This document shows positions 1-11,835 of a DNA stretch of 64,000 nucleotides, in pieces. The stretch comes from Eledone cirrhosa. Its lineage: Eukaryota. The translations under genes and the position numbers were made by a program. The stretch lies in contig OZ024755.1 in assembly GCA_964016885.1 (NCBI GenBank), positions 21,452,001 to 21,516,000 of the forward strand, in the 5' to 3' direction. Numbering within the stretch: position 1 is the first letter of the stretch; every line of letters begins with the position of its first letter. The notes beneath the pieces were generated by a model, which was not told where the DNA came from, did no database searches, and saw only the letters and a program-made list of their open reading frames with translations.

Positions 1-1470
1 CATTCCTCTGTTCAAAAAGGGTGACCGCACATCACTTGTGAACTATCATCCAGTCAGTCTTACTAGTTGCATTGCCAAACAGATGGAATCCTGTGTCAGA
101 GAAACACTTTGGAACTTCTGGAACTCTCACAGTCTTATCCGACCCTCACAATTTGGATTTATCCCCAACTCCAGCTGCTGTGATCAACTTATCGAGTTTC
201 TTGAAGACATCACCCGGATCACTGATGGCGGCTCATGGGTGGATGTTGTTTACCTTGACTTCGCGAAAGCTTTCAATTCTGTGCCTGGCAAAACTCTCTG
301 CAATGGGTGTGAAGGATTATCTTTGTAACTGGTTGAAGTCCTTCATTCTCAGTCAAAGAGAAGTAGTCACGGTTCTGGGACAGCATTCCTCACCATATGA
401 GATGTCATCTGGTGTACCACAGGGATCTGTTCTTGGCCCCCTTTTGTTTGTGGCATATATTAATGACATAGATGCCAACTTAAAGAATGCCACAGTACTA
501 AAGTACGCAGATGACATCAAGCTGTACCTTGAGATAAAAAGGACAGATCCTGAAAACTATAGATCTTGCTTGCAGTCTGACTTGGACACAATGCAACAAT
601 GGATCTCAGACTGGCAACTCAAGCTAGCTGTGGACAAGTGCACCACCATGCATTTTGGGAGTAAAAACCCAGTGTCCACATACTCCCTCCACAGCACTAA
701 TATCAAGAAGTCTTCTTGTGAACGTGACCTGGGCATTACGGTCAGCAGCAATTTGCGTTGGACGAAGCACGTCTCTAAAATTGTCAAGAGGGCCGAGGGT
801 GTCTTAACATCACTAAGCAAGACCTTTGTCAGCCGCTCTCCAGCTATCTATTTAAGGCTGTACATGGCTATGGTGCGGCCACACTTAGAATTTGCATCAC
901 CAGTCTGGAACCCCTATCTTGCTCAGAATATTGACCGCCTGGAAACTGTTCAGAGACGTGCAACCAAGCGAATACCCTCCATCAGGCATCTACCATACTC
1001 TGAACGCCTTGCTTCCCTGGGCATGGATACATAGAAGCACCGACGCCTGGCAACTGACTTGGTAAACACCCACAAAATTGTTAACCATCTTGCCAACAGC
1101 AACCCTGAGTACCTTTTTGATTTCCATGTGTCTAACACACGTGGGCATGCCCACAAAGTCAGAAAACAGCACAGTTCCCATGACTTTCGGAAACATTTTT
1201 TCATGCTCAGAGTTGCTGAAGCATGGAACAAACTACCTGCATCAGTTGTTAGTTGTCGAGACACTGCATCCTTTCAAGCCTCCATGCTTCCCGAGATTTG
1301 CCAACACTACACCTAATGTTCCCCCTCCATACACATACACACATGTATATCATGACTCATACACTATTCACTTCCCTGACATTTGTATATTATTCAATGT
1401 ACTATACATGCACCTTTGACGAGTTGTAGTGCACCTGAGCACTTTACACAATAATTTCATTATTATTATT
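1..1470 (+). mobile_element. CR1-like non-LTR retrotransposon, 3' part (RT domain, 3' UTR, (TAT)n tail), degenerate
   Basis: ORFs 38-328 and 72-1034 carry RT motifs VYLDFAKAF, GVPQGSVLGPLLF, YADD and ERDLG, and the C-terminal RGH..K...FF..RV...WN.LP follows in ORF 1059-1316. There is a frameshift near 283, a stop at 1032-1034 and a cattattattatt tail. Confidence 0.93.
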
Positions 1471-1669
1471 AAAAAAAGGTAGCGCCCATTCACTGATTGA
1501 TTTAAAACTAACTTTTTACACATTTTATCATGAACTGAGCATCCTCTCTTTTATGACATGTGCCTACATATGTCAAATATAATAGTTTTGAATGAGAATA
1601 CAATTTGAACTAACAGCAATGGCCTAAATGGAGCTCCTCTGAAGGGTCATTGGAATAATGTTACTTGAT

Positions 1670-1990
1670 AGAGTGCGTAGCTCAGAGATCAGAGAGACAT
1701 TCCAGGCTAGAGCCGCTGCTTCTCTGAAATGGGCATGTGGTTAGAATGTCTTGGGGAAAGAATTGCTGGACAGAATATTTGAGCAAAACCAACAGGTAGG
1801 AGACCCATGGGTAGACCCCCGAGCAAGATGGTTGGTTAACATCCATGAGTTTGGTTGATCTCGTTTGAGGATCCAGCCGGATCAGTTGGAGGCAGTTGCT
1901 TCTGATAGGACCCACTGGAAGGTGTGTTTGAGGACTCTGTCCCAACGATCTTCTCAGGAATAAATGGGTGAATAAGAAGAAAAGAACAAC
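1670..1990 (+). mobile_element. RTE-like LINE 3' fragment
   Basis: Contains gggcatgtggttagaatg (GHVVRM) and aaaccaacaggtaggagacccatgggtagacccc (KPTGRRPxGRP). Homologous to 3545-3745. Confidence 0.65.
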
Positions 1991-2404
1991 AACTTAAGGA
2001 TTGTATTATTTATTTTCTTGAGATACGTTAAGTTAATCAGAATCAGGAGAGTTTATTTGGTGGAATGTTTGGATCTTGTACATCAAATGTATATTGTATG
2101 TGTTGATAAATAATTATTTTTTAAACGAATGTATGGATATGATTTCCCGTTCATCCATCTCTTTGAATATAATATTTTATATTATCATTCCCATCCAGAG
2201 GTGAACTGATCATATGGTCATTTGCGCAATACTCGGTGGGTCGCTAGGCTAGGTTAATGTCCCATCTAATATAAAGCTTGAGGTGAAAACACACATCTTG
2301 CTGTCAAAAATCAACTATCTGTCAGGCCAGCTTTAAGACCAGTCTGTTTCTGTTTGCCACCAATATAGTGGTACTTTTTAATTACATATAAACAATGTTT
2401 ATAT

Positions 2405-2590
2405 AATTGTTTCTACTTTAGGCACAAGGCCAGCAATTACCCAGTGCATTACTGGTACTTTATTTTATCGACCCCCGTAAGGATGAAAGGCAAAGTCAAC
2501 CTCGGCGGGATTTGAACTCAGATCGTAAAGGGACGTAACTATGCTGGAAAGCATGGCGTCCGACTCTCCACCGATACTGCCAATCCATGA
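2405..2590 (-). mobile_element. tRNA-derived SINE with Meta-like core (family A)
   Basis: Reverse complement reads ...gagttcaaatcccgccgaggttgactttgcctttcatccttacggggtcgataaaataaagtaccagt...; many copies occur in the window. Confidence 0.85.
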
Positions 2591-2613
2591 TTTACAAAAT
2601 AGACATCTCGATA

Positions 2614-3548
2614 GAATTAAGAGATCACAGTTCCAATACTATGGGCATGTGATTAGAATGTCTCAGGAAAGAATTGTTGGAGTCACCGCAGGTAGAGCTG
2701 CTACTTCTCCGAATTGAGAGATCACAGTTCCGATACTATGGGCATGTGATTAGAATGTCTCAGGAAAGAATTGTTGGAGTCACCGCAGGTAGAGCTGCTA
2801 CTTCTCCGAATTGAGAGATCACAGTTCCGATACTATGGGCATGTGATTAGAATGTCTCAGGAAAGAATTGTTGGAGTCACCGCAGGTAGAGCTGCTACTT
2901 CTCCGAATTGAGAGATCACAGTTCCGATACTATGGGCATGTGATTAGAATGTCTCAGGAAAGAATTGTTGGAGTCACCGCAGGTAGAGCTGCTACTTCTC
3001 CGAATTGAGAGATCACAGTTCCGATACTATGGGCATGTGATTAGAATGTCTCAGGAAAGAATTGTTGGAGTCACTGCAGGTAGAGCTGCTACTTCTCCGA
3101 ATTGAGAGATCACAGTTCCGATACTATGGGCATGTGATTAGAATGTCTCAGGAAAGAATTGTTGGAGTCACCGCAGGTAGAGCTGCTACTTCTCCGAATT
3201 GAGAGATCACAGTTCCGATACTATGGGCATGTGATTAGAATGTCTCAGGAAAGAATTGTTGGAGTCACCGCAGGTAGAGCTGCTACTTCTCCGAATTGAG
3301 AGATCACAGTTCCGATACTATGGGCATGTGATTAGAATGTCTCAGGAAAGAATTGTTGGAGTCACCGCAGGTAGAGCTGCTACTTCTCCGAATTGAGAGA
3401 TCACAGTTCCGATACTATGGGCATATGATTAGAATGTCTCAGGAAAGAATTGTTGGAGTCACCGCAGGTAGAGCTGCTACTTCTCCGAATTGAGAGATCA
3501 CAGTTCCGATACTATGGGCATGTGATTAGAATGTCTCAGGAAAGAATC
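2614..3548 (+). repeat. 97-bp tandem array (about 9.5 near-identical copies) derived from RTE LINE coding sequence
   Basis: Period of 97 (gaattgagag at 2711, 2808...). The unit translates to VELLLLRIERSQFRYYGHVIRMSQERI and continues into the LINE 3' end at 3548-3745. Confidence 0.93.
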
Positions 3549-3879
3549 GCTGGATAGATTTTATAAGCAAAACCAACCGGCAGGAGACCCAGGGGTAGAC
3601 CCCCGATTAAGATGGTTGGATAACAGCCATGAAATCAGCTTGTTTTGTTTGGGGATCCAGCCAGATCAGTTGGAAATGGTTGCTTCTGACAGGACCCACT
3701 GGAGGACCCCCTCGGGAATAAATGGGTGAAGAAGAAGAAGAGGAAAAAAAGGTGGAAAGAAATATGAAAAAAAAACAAACAAAAACGGATGAAGTCATAC
3801 ACAGTGAATTACATGCTTCAACGGGAAATCCTAATGTTTCCCTCCAAAAGTTCTTCCATACATACAATATTTTACTGTT

Positions 3880-4796
3880 TTAACGGCAACCACATTCTTC
3901 TGCAACAACATCAGCATGTTGTCGAAGTACAATTTCCTCTGGTTCCAAATATAATAAACTAATTGGTTTTAGCTTTGTTGGTACACAGCAAGGCAATGGA
4001 GTCACGTCAGGCTGTTTTAATTTCATTAAACTACGGAGCATGGCGTGATTGGTGGGGTTTAAATCCATTTTTATAGGTGAAGGGCAGTTACCGGAACACA
4101 AGTGAGCGTTGAATCGTTTTGGGAAGACAATCCACTCTCCCCATCCAATAACATTGAAATCGATGTAATAATCGTACAAACCACACGGAAGGTCTTTATT
4201 TAATGCTTTTTGTTTTACTTTCTTTTTCCTTTTCAGTCTTTGTTGTCTGCGTTTTGATTTCGTCTGTGATGAATGTCTTCGTTGACGCTGCTTTACCATT
4301 TGTTGCGATTCAGCAGTAAAACGTTGGTAGATGTCATGAAAAAAATGACTGTTTCCTGAGTAAAGGACCAAAAGACCTTCACCAGGTCTTACATTGTTGT
4401 TCTGTTGTTCCACATTAGCATCGTCTACATTGTCATGTAAATCGTCCTTTTCACCTCGAAGTCGTTCTCTAACCACAATACTAATATTACCGTGTTTTCT
4501 GTTTATCCAATAATGTACTGCTTTAGTTATGTTAAACACATCATAAACATTATCTCTCGTTGGTCGATATCGTTGAGTGTTCTTGTGTAGTCGGGTTCCA
4601 TTTTGTTTCACAACTACTGTCCAATGTCTGTATCTGTGGTTTGGCCGACATGAACGAGTAAAAACAGACGTTGCTGTTGATGGATAAAACACTCGAAATT
4701 CAACGGTATTGGTTTGTTCGTGTACTGGTAATTTTGGTATATCGAACACATAGATCAGTTTTGGACAGCCGTGTTTGTTGTACTTCAATCGTGGAA
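3880..4796 (-). CDS. nodal: Nodal-type TGF-beta ligand, exon 2 (rest of prodomain, furin sites, mature cystine-knot domain)
   Basis: Acceptor ttgttttaacAG at 4797, phase 1. RXXR sites RQRR, RQQR and RLKR. Seven-Cys domain with IGWGEWIVFPKRFNA, CSGNCP, PTNHA, CCVP and EECGCR, then a stop at 3880. Confidence 0.9.
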
Positions 4797-4944
4797 CTGT
4801 TAAAACAAATGAAATATTCAGGTTAAAAGAAGTAGTTTCCCTGTTGTGATGAACATATATCAGTTAACAAAATATTTATATTTCTTAACATTATGTATAA
4901 AGAAATCCTTACATAGAGAAATCATCATTATTAAATAATGTTTT

Positions 4945-5150
4945 CTGATTCAGAAACGAGGCCAACAATTTGGGGCAGGGGAAAGTCGAATATAACGATC
5001 CCAGGTCGTTACTGGTATTTTATTTTATCGACTCCGGAAGGATGAAAGGCAAAGCTAACCTTAGTGGGTTTTGAAATCAGAACGTAAAGGGAAGTAAATC
5101 TATGCCACGAAGCATGGTGTCCGACGCTCTACCTATACTGCCAATCAACC
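4945..5150 (-). mobile_element. SINE family A copy in the nodal intron
   Basis: Same core (ttttatcgac...gatgaaaggcaaag) as 2405-2590. Confidence 0.75.
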
Positions 5151-5640
5151 GCTCTTTATGAAGAGCACGTGCCTTAGCTCTGACAGCGCAGCCTTTGTAC
5201 TTCCCGTTGAAGAACTGGTCAAGAGGCAACCTTGCCGACAGCACGTTGGTTGCAATGCTTTTCCTAAATTCGATCTCCATCTTTCTAACTAGCATTCCTT
5301 CTAGTCTAGTTTTCTCTATCGCTACTCCTTTACTAAAACTCATTGATTTTACTCTAATCGTTCTTTTCTGTGTGAACCACTAATTGTTTGTTTTCGATTG
5401 TGCTCAGTTTCTGTAAGAGATTCCAGTAACGAGGTCCCTGTTTATAATGCTTATCTAAGCCGACCGTACAGATCACAAATTTGTGGTCTGTGTAATCGAC
5501 TACTTTAAATTACGGACAGCCTATGCTTTCCTTATCTACTTCTGTACGGAATATCCTATCTAGTTACAATCTAGGTGATCCAATGCAAATTCGGCAAATT
5601 CAGTCCGTACCTGCTAAACAGCAAGCCCTATAATTTATAG
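5150..5640 (-). mobile_element. L1/Tx1-like LINE ORF2 fragment (end of APE endonuclease and linker), degenerate
   Basis: Minus-strand translation gives LDRIF...DYTDHKFV...GPRYWNL and LDQFFNGKYKGCAVRAKARALHKE, resembling the Tx1 APE C-terminus and the G..vRsR linker. Confidence 0.6.
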
Positions 5641-5739
5641 TGCTAAAGTGTCCCCAATAAATGTACCAAAATTTCAACTGAACATCGGTTTAAATTGATA
5701 TCTCAGCAACACACTTTTAAAAGTCTGTCCCAAGCTAGA

Positions 5740-5987
5740 CCGGTGCTTATCCCGGTTTCTTAGCGTGAAGTGACTGAAAGTACAAGACTCCACCACTGGA
5801 CAGTACGCTAATCTATCGCAGGGTTAAACCTCCAGTTATTGCTGGTACTCATTTTCAGCTGAGTGTACTGGAGCAACGTGAAATGAAGTGTTTTGCACAA
5901 GAACACAACGCAACCCAGAAAGCGAACCTACGGCATTATGATTGTCGTAAGTCCAACACCCTTACCACTAGGTTATGTGCCCCCACA
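5740..5987 (-). mobile_element. tRNA-derived SINE (family B-related head and core)
   Basis: cagctgagtgtactggagcaacgtgaaatgaagtgttttgcacaagaacacaac core, with an A-box-like head ctagtggtaagggtg on the minus strand. Confidence 0.7.
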
Positions 5988-6159
5988 ATATGCACAGACT
6001 CTACTTCGTCAAATGTATTTGCATTTTGAAAGAGAAACACACCAATTGTGACATGAAATGGAAAATTTTGAAACAACAAATATTTTAACTTTTGTAGCTT
6101 ATGTATATCTGTAAAACTCGAAACCTCGTTTATCTACGGAAATATTCTAAACAGAAATG

Positions 6160-6995
6160 TGTCCTTATATCATATTGTGGCCCGTTGCTGTGAGGCTGGA
6201 GGATTTGTGGATTGGCAGTATCGGTAGAGGGTCGACGCCATGCTTTCCAGCATAGTTACGGCCCTTGCCATTCTGAGTTCAAATCCCGCCGAGGTTAACT
6301 TTGCCTTTCACCCTTACGGGGTCGATAAAATAAAGTACCAGTAATGCACTGGGTAATTGCTGGCCTTGTGCCAAAAGTAGAAACAATTATTTTGTGGCCC
6401 GTTCACCTAAGGCTGGAGGAATCAGATGACCAGATCATTTTGTGGTCCATTGCTGCGATGCTGGGGCAATCAGATGGCCTTATATCATTCCGCGGACCGT
6501 TGCTGTGATGCTGGGGGTATCAGATGCTCTTATATTATTTTGTGGACCGTTGCCGTAAGGCTGGAGGAATGAAATGTCCTTATATTATTTTGCGGCTCGT
6601 TGCTGTGACACTGGAGGAATCAGGTGACATATGATAGGGCGGTGGATTGGCAGTATCGGTAGAGCATCAGACGCCATGTTTTGCAGCATAGGAGTTATGT
6701 CCCTTTACGTTCTGAGTTCAAATCCCGCTGAGGTTAACTTTGCCTTTCATCCTGACGGGGTCGATAAAATAAAGTACCAGTAATGCACTGGGGTAATTGC
6801 TGGCCTTGTGCCAAAAGTAGAAACAATTATATCATATTGTAACTCGTTTGCTGTGAGACTGGGGGAATCAGAGGACCAAATCATTTCGTGGAATGTTGCT
6901 GTGAGACTGGAGGAACCAGACGGCTTTATATTATTCCGTGGACCGTTACTGTAAGGCTAGGGGAATCAGAAGGCCTTATATCATAGTGTGGACGC
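6160..6995 (+). repeat. Degenerate ~48-50-bp minisatellite interrupted by two family A SINEs (6205-6390, 6637-6830)
   Basis: Recurring attttgtggaccgttgctgtgagRctggRggaatcagatg units lie on both sides of the SINEs. Confidence 0.8.
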
Positions 6996-7047
6996 TGGCA
7001 TTCATGTTCACTAAGAGAACTACAGCATACCCAATCATGAATTATTT

Positions 7048-7238
7048 AATAATTGTTTCTACTTTTGGCACAAGGCCAGCAATTACCCAATGCATTACTG
7101 GTACTTTATTTTATCGACCCCGTAAGGATGAAAGGTAAAGTTAACCTCGGTGGAATTTGAACTCAGAATGGCAAGAGCCGTAACTGTATGCTGCAAAGCA
7201 TGGCGTCCGACTCTCTACCGATACTGCCAATCCACCGC
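7048..7238 (-). mobile_element. SINE family A copy
   Basis: Inverted near-copy of 6637-6830. Confidence 0.85.
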
Positions 7239-7873
7239 ATAATAGTATTATATTTGCAATACAAACACTCTTCTGTTCTACCCATCATTAGATACGTTCC
7301 ACACGCATGAAAAAAAAAAAAAAAAAAAAATGGAATTTACAGCTCACACCCATGGAGGTTTAGCTGGCATCCCATAGAAGATTTCTTGTGTGTTTTAATG
7401 GGAGGAGCACCAGTACTATCATAAAAGCAACGTGAAATGAAGTTTCTTGTTCAAGAACACAACGTACGACTCCACGACCTTATGATCGCCAGTCCAACAC
7501 CGTAGCCCCTAGAAGTGGCTGAGTATTCCACAGACACGCATACCCTTAACGTAATTCTCAGGAAGATTTGGCGTTACACAGTGTGTAACAAAGCTGGCTC
7601 TTTGAATTACAGGTACAACTCATGTTTGCCAGCTGAGTGGACTGGAGCAACGCGCGCACATTCTCACACACACAAGGCACATGCATACCACGCATATATC
7701 AGGCACATGCACTCACACATACCACGCCCATGCACTCTCTCACACACACACATACACACACACACATACACACAGTCAAATACATATATTTGCTCCTCTG
7801 TTACTTAATATATACATACATTGTGGAAATAGCTTAACACTTTCAGCAATAGAAATATAAAGCGTTTACTTAC

Positions 7874-8216
7874 CTTTGGCCGAGTAGCTCCTCACTGTAT
7901 CGGATGGACGAATTCTTGACTTTCTAAGTTGCCCAGAACTATTCTGAAGTCTTTCTTCTCTTCTTAAATCTCTGAATAAATCAATCATGAATTTTTTCGA
8001 TGGAGTCCACAGCATATTCTGGTCTTTGTAATGTCCATCTCGCTGGAGTTGATAAAGAATCGTGTCTACATTTAAATGGTCAATATTGGCCAGTGTGGTT
8101 ATGTTCGTCAAACTTTTTATCATTTGTCGATTTACTGCCGCCACAGGCGAAGCTGGCGACTGTGTAGGACTAAAAGCCAATAAAGCCAATTGAAATAGAA
8201 TTAACGCACACCACAT
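7874..8216 (-). CDS. nodal: Nodal-type TGF-beta ligand, exon 1 (signal peptide and N-terminal prodomain)
   Basis: ATG at 8216, signal peptide MWCALILFQLALLAFS, prodomain motifs FMIDLF and DTVRSY. Donor AAG|GTAAGT at 7873, phase 1, joins exon 2 in frame (1260 nt, 419 aa). Confidence 0.88.
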
Positions 8217-8729
8217 TTTCAACAAAGGCTCTTATAGATTCCTAGACTTTAACCAGAATATCGAATAGCTTCGAAAGATTTGCAATCGTTGTTAACAATA
8301 TAACTTGCCAATTGAATAATATAAAACATTAATTGTCAGTGACATTAATAGAATAGTCTTTTATCACGAGATAATAGTTTGGGAGCGAACCCGAAGTTCC
8401 TGAAGGAAATTTCGCTTGATTGGAATAAACATCTAAAGTAGTTTCGATACAACGATGTTCTTTTTCTTGTGATTATCGACGAGTAAATTGAATGTATTAG
8501 TTTGGGAGTGAAATAAGTGAAAAGAAAAGAAAATTTAATTATGCTACTACTGCTACTACTACTACTGCTGCTGCTGCTTCTTCTTCAAATGAAATCTTGT
8601 AGGATTCAAAAAGATTTCAAGACTGGTTGTTTTTTGTTAAGACTATAAGTTGATGTGATGTGATGAGACATGAAACCTGCGAATGGAGCAAAGTCGGTTT
8701 TTAAATAACAGAGAACCAGCACCTCCAGA

Positions 8730-8743
8730 ATATATATACATGA

Positions 8744-8796
<53 letters not shown>

Positions 8797-8860
8797 TTCT
8801 CCACGTCAACATCCATGCCTGTATATATATATATGTATATATATATATATGCAAACTTTA

Positions 8861-8899
<39 letters not shown>

Positions 8900-8907
8900 A
8901 ACTTTAT

Positions 8908-8949
<42 letters not shown>

Positions 8950-8982
8950 TATGTGTGTGTGTGTGTGTATATATGCAAACTT

Positions 8983-9022
<40 letters not shown>

Positions 9023-9043
9023 GCAAACTTTACTATATATCTA

Positions 9044-9092
<49 letters not shown>

Positions 9093-9102
9093 TAAAGTTT
9101 GC
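8730..9102. repeat. (TA)n microsatellite interspersed with atgcaaactttact units
   Basis: Four atgcaaacttta units separated by (TA)n, closed by the inverted acagtaaagtttgc. Confidence 0.85.
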
Positions 9103-9468
9103 ACGCGTTGTGATTGTTTGAGGTGAGATTGTTATCTCAAGCAAGCTAATCTGTTGTATTTGATCATTCCTTAATTGTTAGCATGTCCTTCAATCTAGAC
9201 GGAGTAAGTAGCATGATAATAAAGAAGGGATTAGGAGAAAGAGAGATAACACTCAGATCAAGATGATTCCTTTAGAGAGAGTAAATTTAGCAAACTGTAA
9301 ATAGATGTTTGAAGGAAATTCACGCTGTGCAGAGATAGGAAGATATAAATTGTAGTGTTTTACTAATGCAGTCCTTTATTTCATTTTTCTGTAACTTGCT
9401 GTGGATCCGTGTTCGGATTCTGTTAGAGTTGGGTAGATGATATTTCTTTTAGAGGGATCTCTTTAAAG

Positions 9469-9621
9469 CAGACATGTCAAACATGCGGCCCGCACAAAGG
9501 TTTTTTTTTTTATAGCGCAAACGTAATATAAAATAAAAGATATTAGTTGTAATGTGTGGCCCTCAGACAACACATGTGTGACCCATGTGGTCCTCGGAGG
9601 ACCCTTAGTTTGACATGCCTG
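9469..9621. mobile_element. hAT (Charlie-type) MITE
   Basis: TIRs CAGACATGTCAAAC and GTTTGACATGCCTG, internal gcggccc/gtggccc motifs, 8-bp TSD CTTTAAAG/CTTTAGAG. Confidence 0.85.
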
Positions 9622-10627
9622 CTTTAGAGAGTGGACTGGTCACAATACTGAGACCCTTCTACGCATGATGATGATGATGGATAGAAACTAATGGCTACGG
9701 TTGACTACGAAAGCCATCTACAATAGCACGTGACACCCCCAAACGATTGGCTGTACCAGCCTCGAAATTACAACCATACCGACGTCAGCATCAATAATGT
9801 CCCTTAACTATAAAACATGCAACTGCACATATCCTATAACAGCACTGTTTGAGGAGCCAATGTAGCAGTGATTCCATTACATTGTTTATGCAAAGATGAT
9901 TAAACAAAGAAACCCTGTATTCCACACCCAAAAGGAACTTTTCGAAACGCCGTACATAGCCAGAAGTTGTCTCATAGTTTTCCCAAGTTGAAACCAGTCG
10001 TAGACATTACATAGTTTATTTTAAAATGACATAACTTGTGCCTTTGTGGTTTTGTCCGTGGGGTGCAGCCCAAACACTGCCCTGCCCTAGGCCCAGAGCC
10101 CATTAATGGATTGTACTTGTAACTTCTTAACTAGCCGTGTTATTTCTGGTTCTGTGAAGCCCATTGCTCAAGACTGTATGTATGAATGTGTATATATATG
10201 TAGATATACATACACAAATGTTTCTGCATGTGTTTGTGTGCTTGAGTGGGACTATGTGTGCGTGCATATGTCTATATGTGAGCGTCTGTGTATGTATTTG
10301 TACATGTATGTTGAGTAAATATAATGTGCGAGACGAGAGAACCGGATATGAATCCTAACACCTTCCTCCCCCCATATCATAGATTGAAGGGCGCTGACGG
10401 TTGATATTGAGGTGTGAAAGATAAAGCTTAATTCTTCAGTAAAAAACACGAAAGAACGGTTTGCCGACTAAATACATACACTAATATATATATATCTTCT
10501 TTTCTTATACCCCCAACTGTTGTGTATTTACTAAGTTGTTACATCTCTCAGCAGGGCCTATTCTGCCATCACAGCTAACTAGGAAACCGCAAGCGAGCCT
10601 TAAACTTCAGAGAGCCATAAACTGAAT

Positions 10628-11388
10628 CTTAACGTTCTACCGATCATCGAACTTTCAGCCGTACCGTCATCAGCTAAACACGGGATTTAGTCAATCATAT
10701 CGATCCCAAAACTTTTTTTCAAGTCTAGTATTTATTTTATCAATCTCTTTTTGTCGAACCAACCCACACAAAACTGTGTTTGATTTTGAGGAAACAGTTT
10801 TACGCCTATCAACAGGGCCAGTTCTACCATCAAGGCCAACTAGGAAACCGCCACCGAGCACTAAACTTCAGAGAGCCCTAAACTGAATCTTAGCCCTGTC
10901 TATACCAACCCACAAAAAAACGTTTTTGGTTTTGATGAATTTTTTCGTCTACTAAGTTTGAAATTTCGAAGTTGTGAGAGATTACGAGTTTCATAGAAAA
11001 TGTATGAAAACTCAAACGCAAAAAATAACAATACAGTTGGTTGCTACAAATATCTTAGAAAATCAGGGAAAGATCCCTTATAGACGGGGTAAAAAATGGC
11101 TAGCAATCGCTATGAAGAATCTCACTCCGTATCTTTCAGATACTGGCTGAGTACTCTAGCCATTGGGTTAAACGGTATCTGAAAAATATGGGGTTCGGTT
11201 CTTCATAATGACCATTGGCCCTTTTTTTCACCGAACTTATGTCTCGTAACTTGGCGGTTCGACAAAAAGAGATTGATAAAATAAATACTAGACTTGAAAA
11301 AAAGTTTTGGGATCGATATGATGGACTAAATCCCGTGTTTAGCTGATGACGGTAGGGTTGTAAGTTCGATGATCGGCAGAACGTTAAG
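10628..11388. repeat. Nested foldback: 133-bp inverted repeats (10628-10760 / 11256-11388) enclosing a ~150-bp MITE-like hairpin (11087-11232)
   Basis: The arms are near-perfect reverse complements by direct comparison. Inner arms are tatgaagaa...tttcagatac and gtatctgaaa...ttcttcata. Confidence 0.88.
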
Positions 11389-11611
11389 TCCTTTGAACAA
11401 AATATTAAATTTCGCGTTGCTTCAGTTAAATAAACTGGGGAGGGGTGGTGTAAGGTTTACCTGTAATTCGAAGGGAGCTAGCCTTGTTATGCCCTTTGTC
11501 ATGTTGTATCAACTTGAGAGCTACGTTAACAGAGCTTCCGTTACTGTTTTGGGATTGGAGGGGTTTAAATATATATATACTGTATATGTATAATTATTAT
11601 TAGCTCATGCT

Positions 11612-11835
11612 TAGGCAGTGGATTGGCAGTACCAGTAGAGCGTCGGATACCATGCTTTACGGCACAGTGTTACGGCCCTTTACGTTCTAAGTTCAAGTTC
11701 CACCAAAGTTAGCATTGCCTTTCATCCTTGCGGGGTCGATAAATAAAGTACCAGTAACGCGCACTGGGGTTGATTTAATCGACTTTCCCCTCCCCTAGAA
11801 TTGTTGGCCTTGTGTCTAAATCCGAAACCATTATT
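11612..11835 (+). mobile_element. SINE family A copy
   Basis: ggcagtggattggcag head and gcctttcatccttgcggggtcgataaataaagtaccag core. Confidence 0.8.

Noticed and set aside
6206-6213. FoxH1-type site TGTGGATT in the nodal intron, reminiscent of the vertebrate asymmetric enhancer
   Set aside because: A single 8-mer formed at a SINE junction, which is expected by chance.
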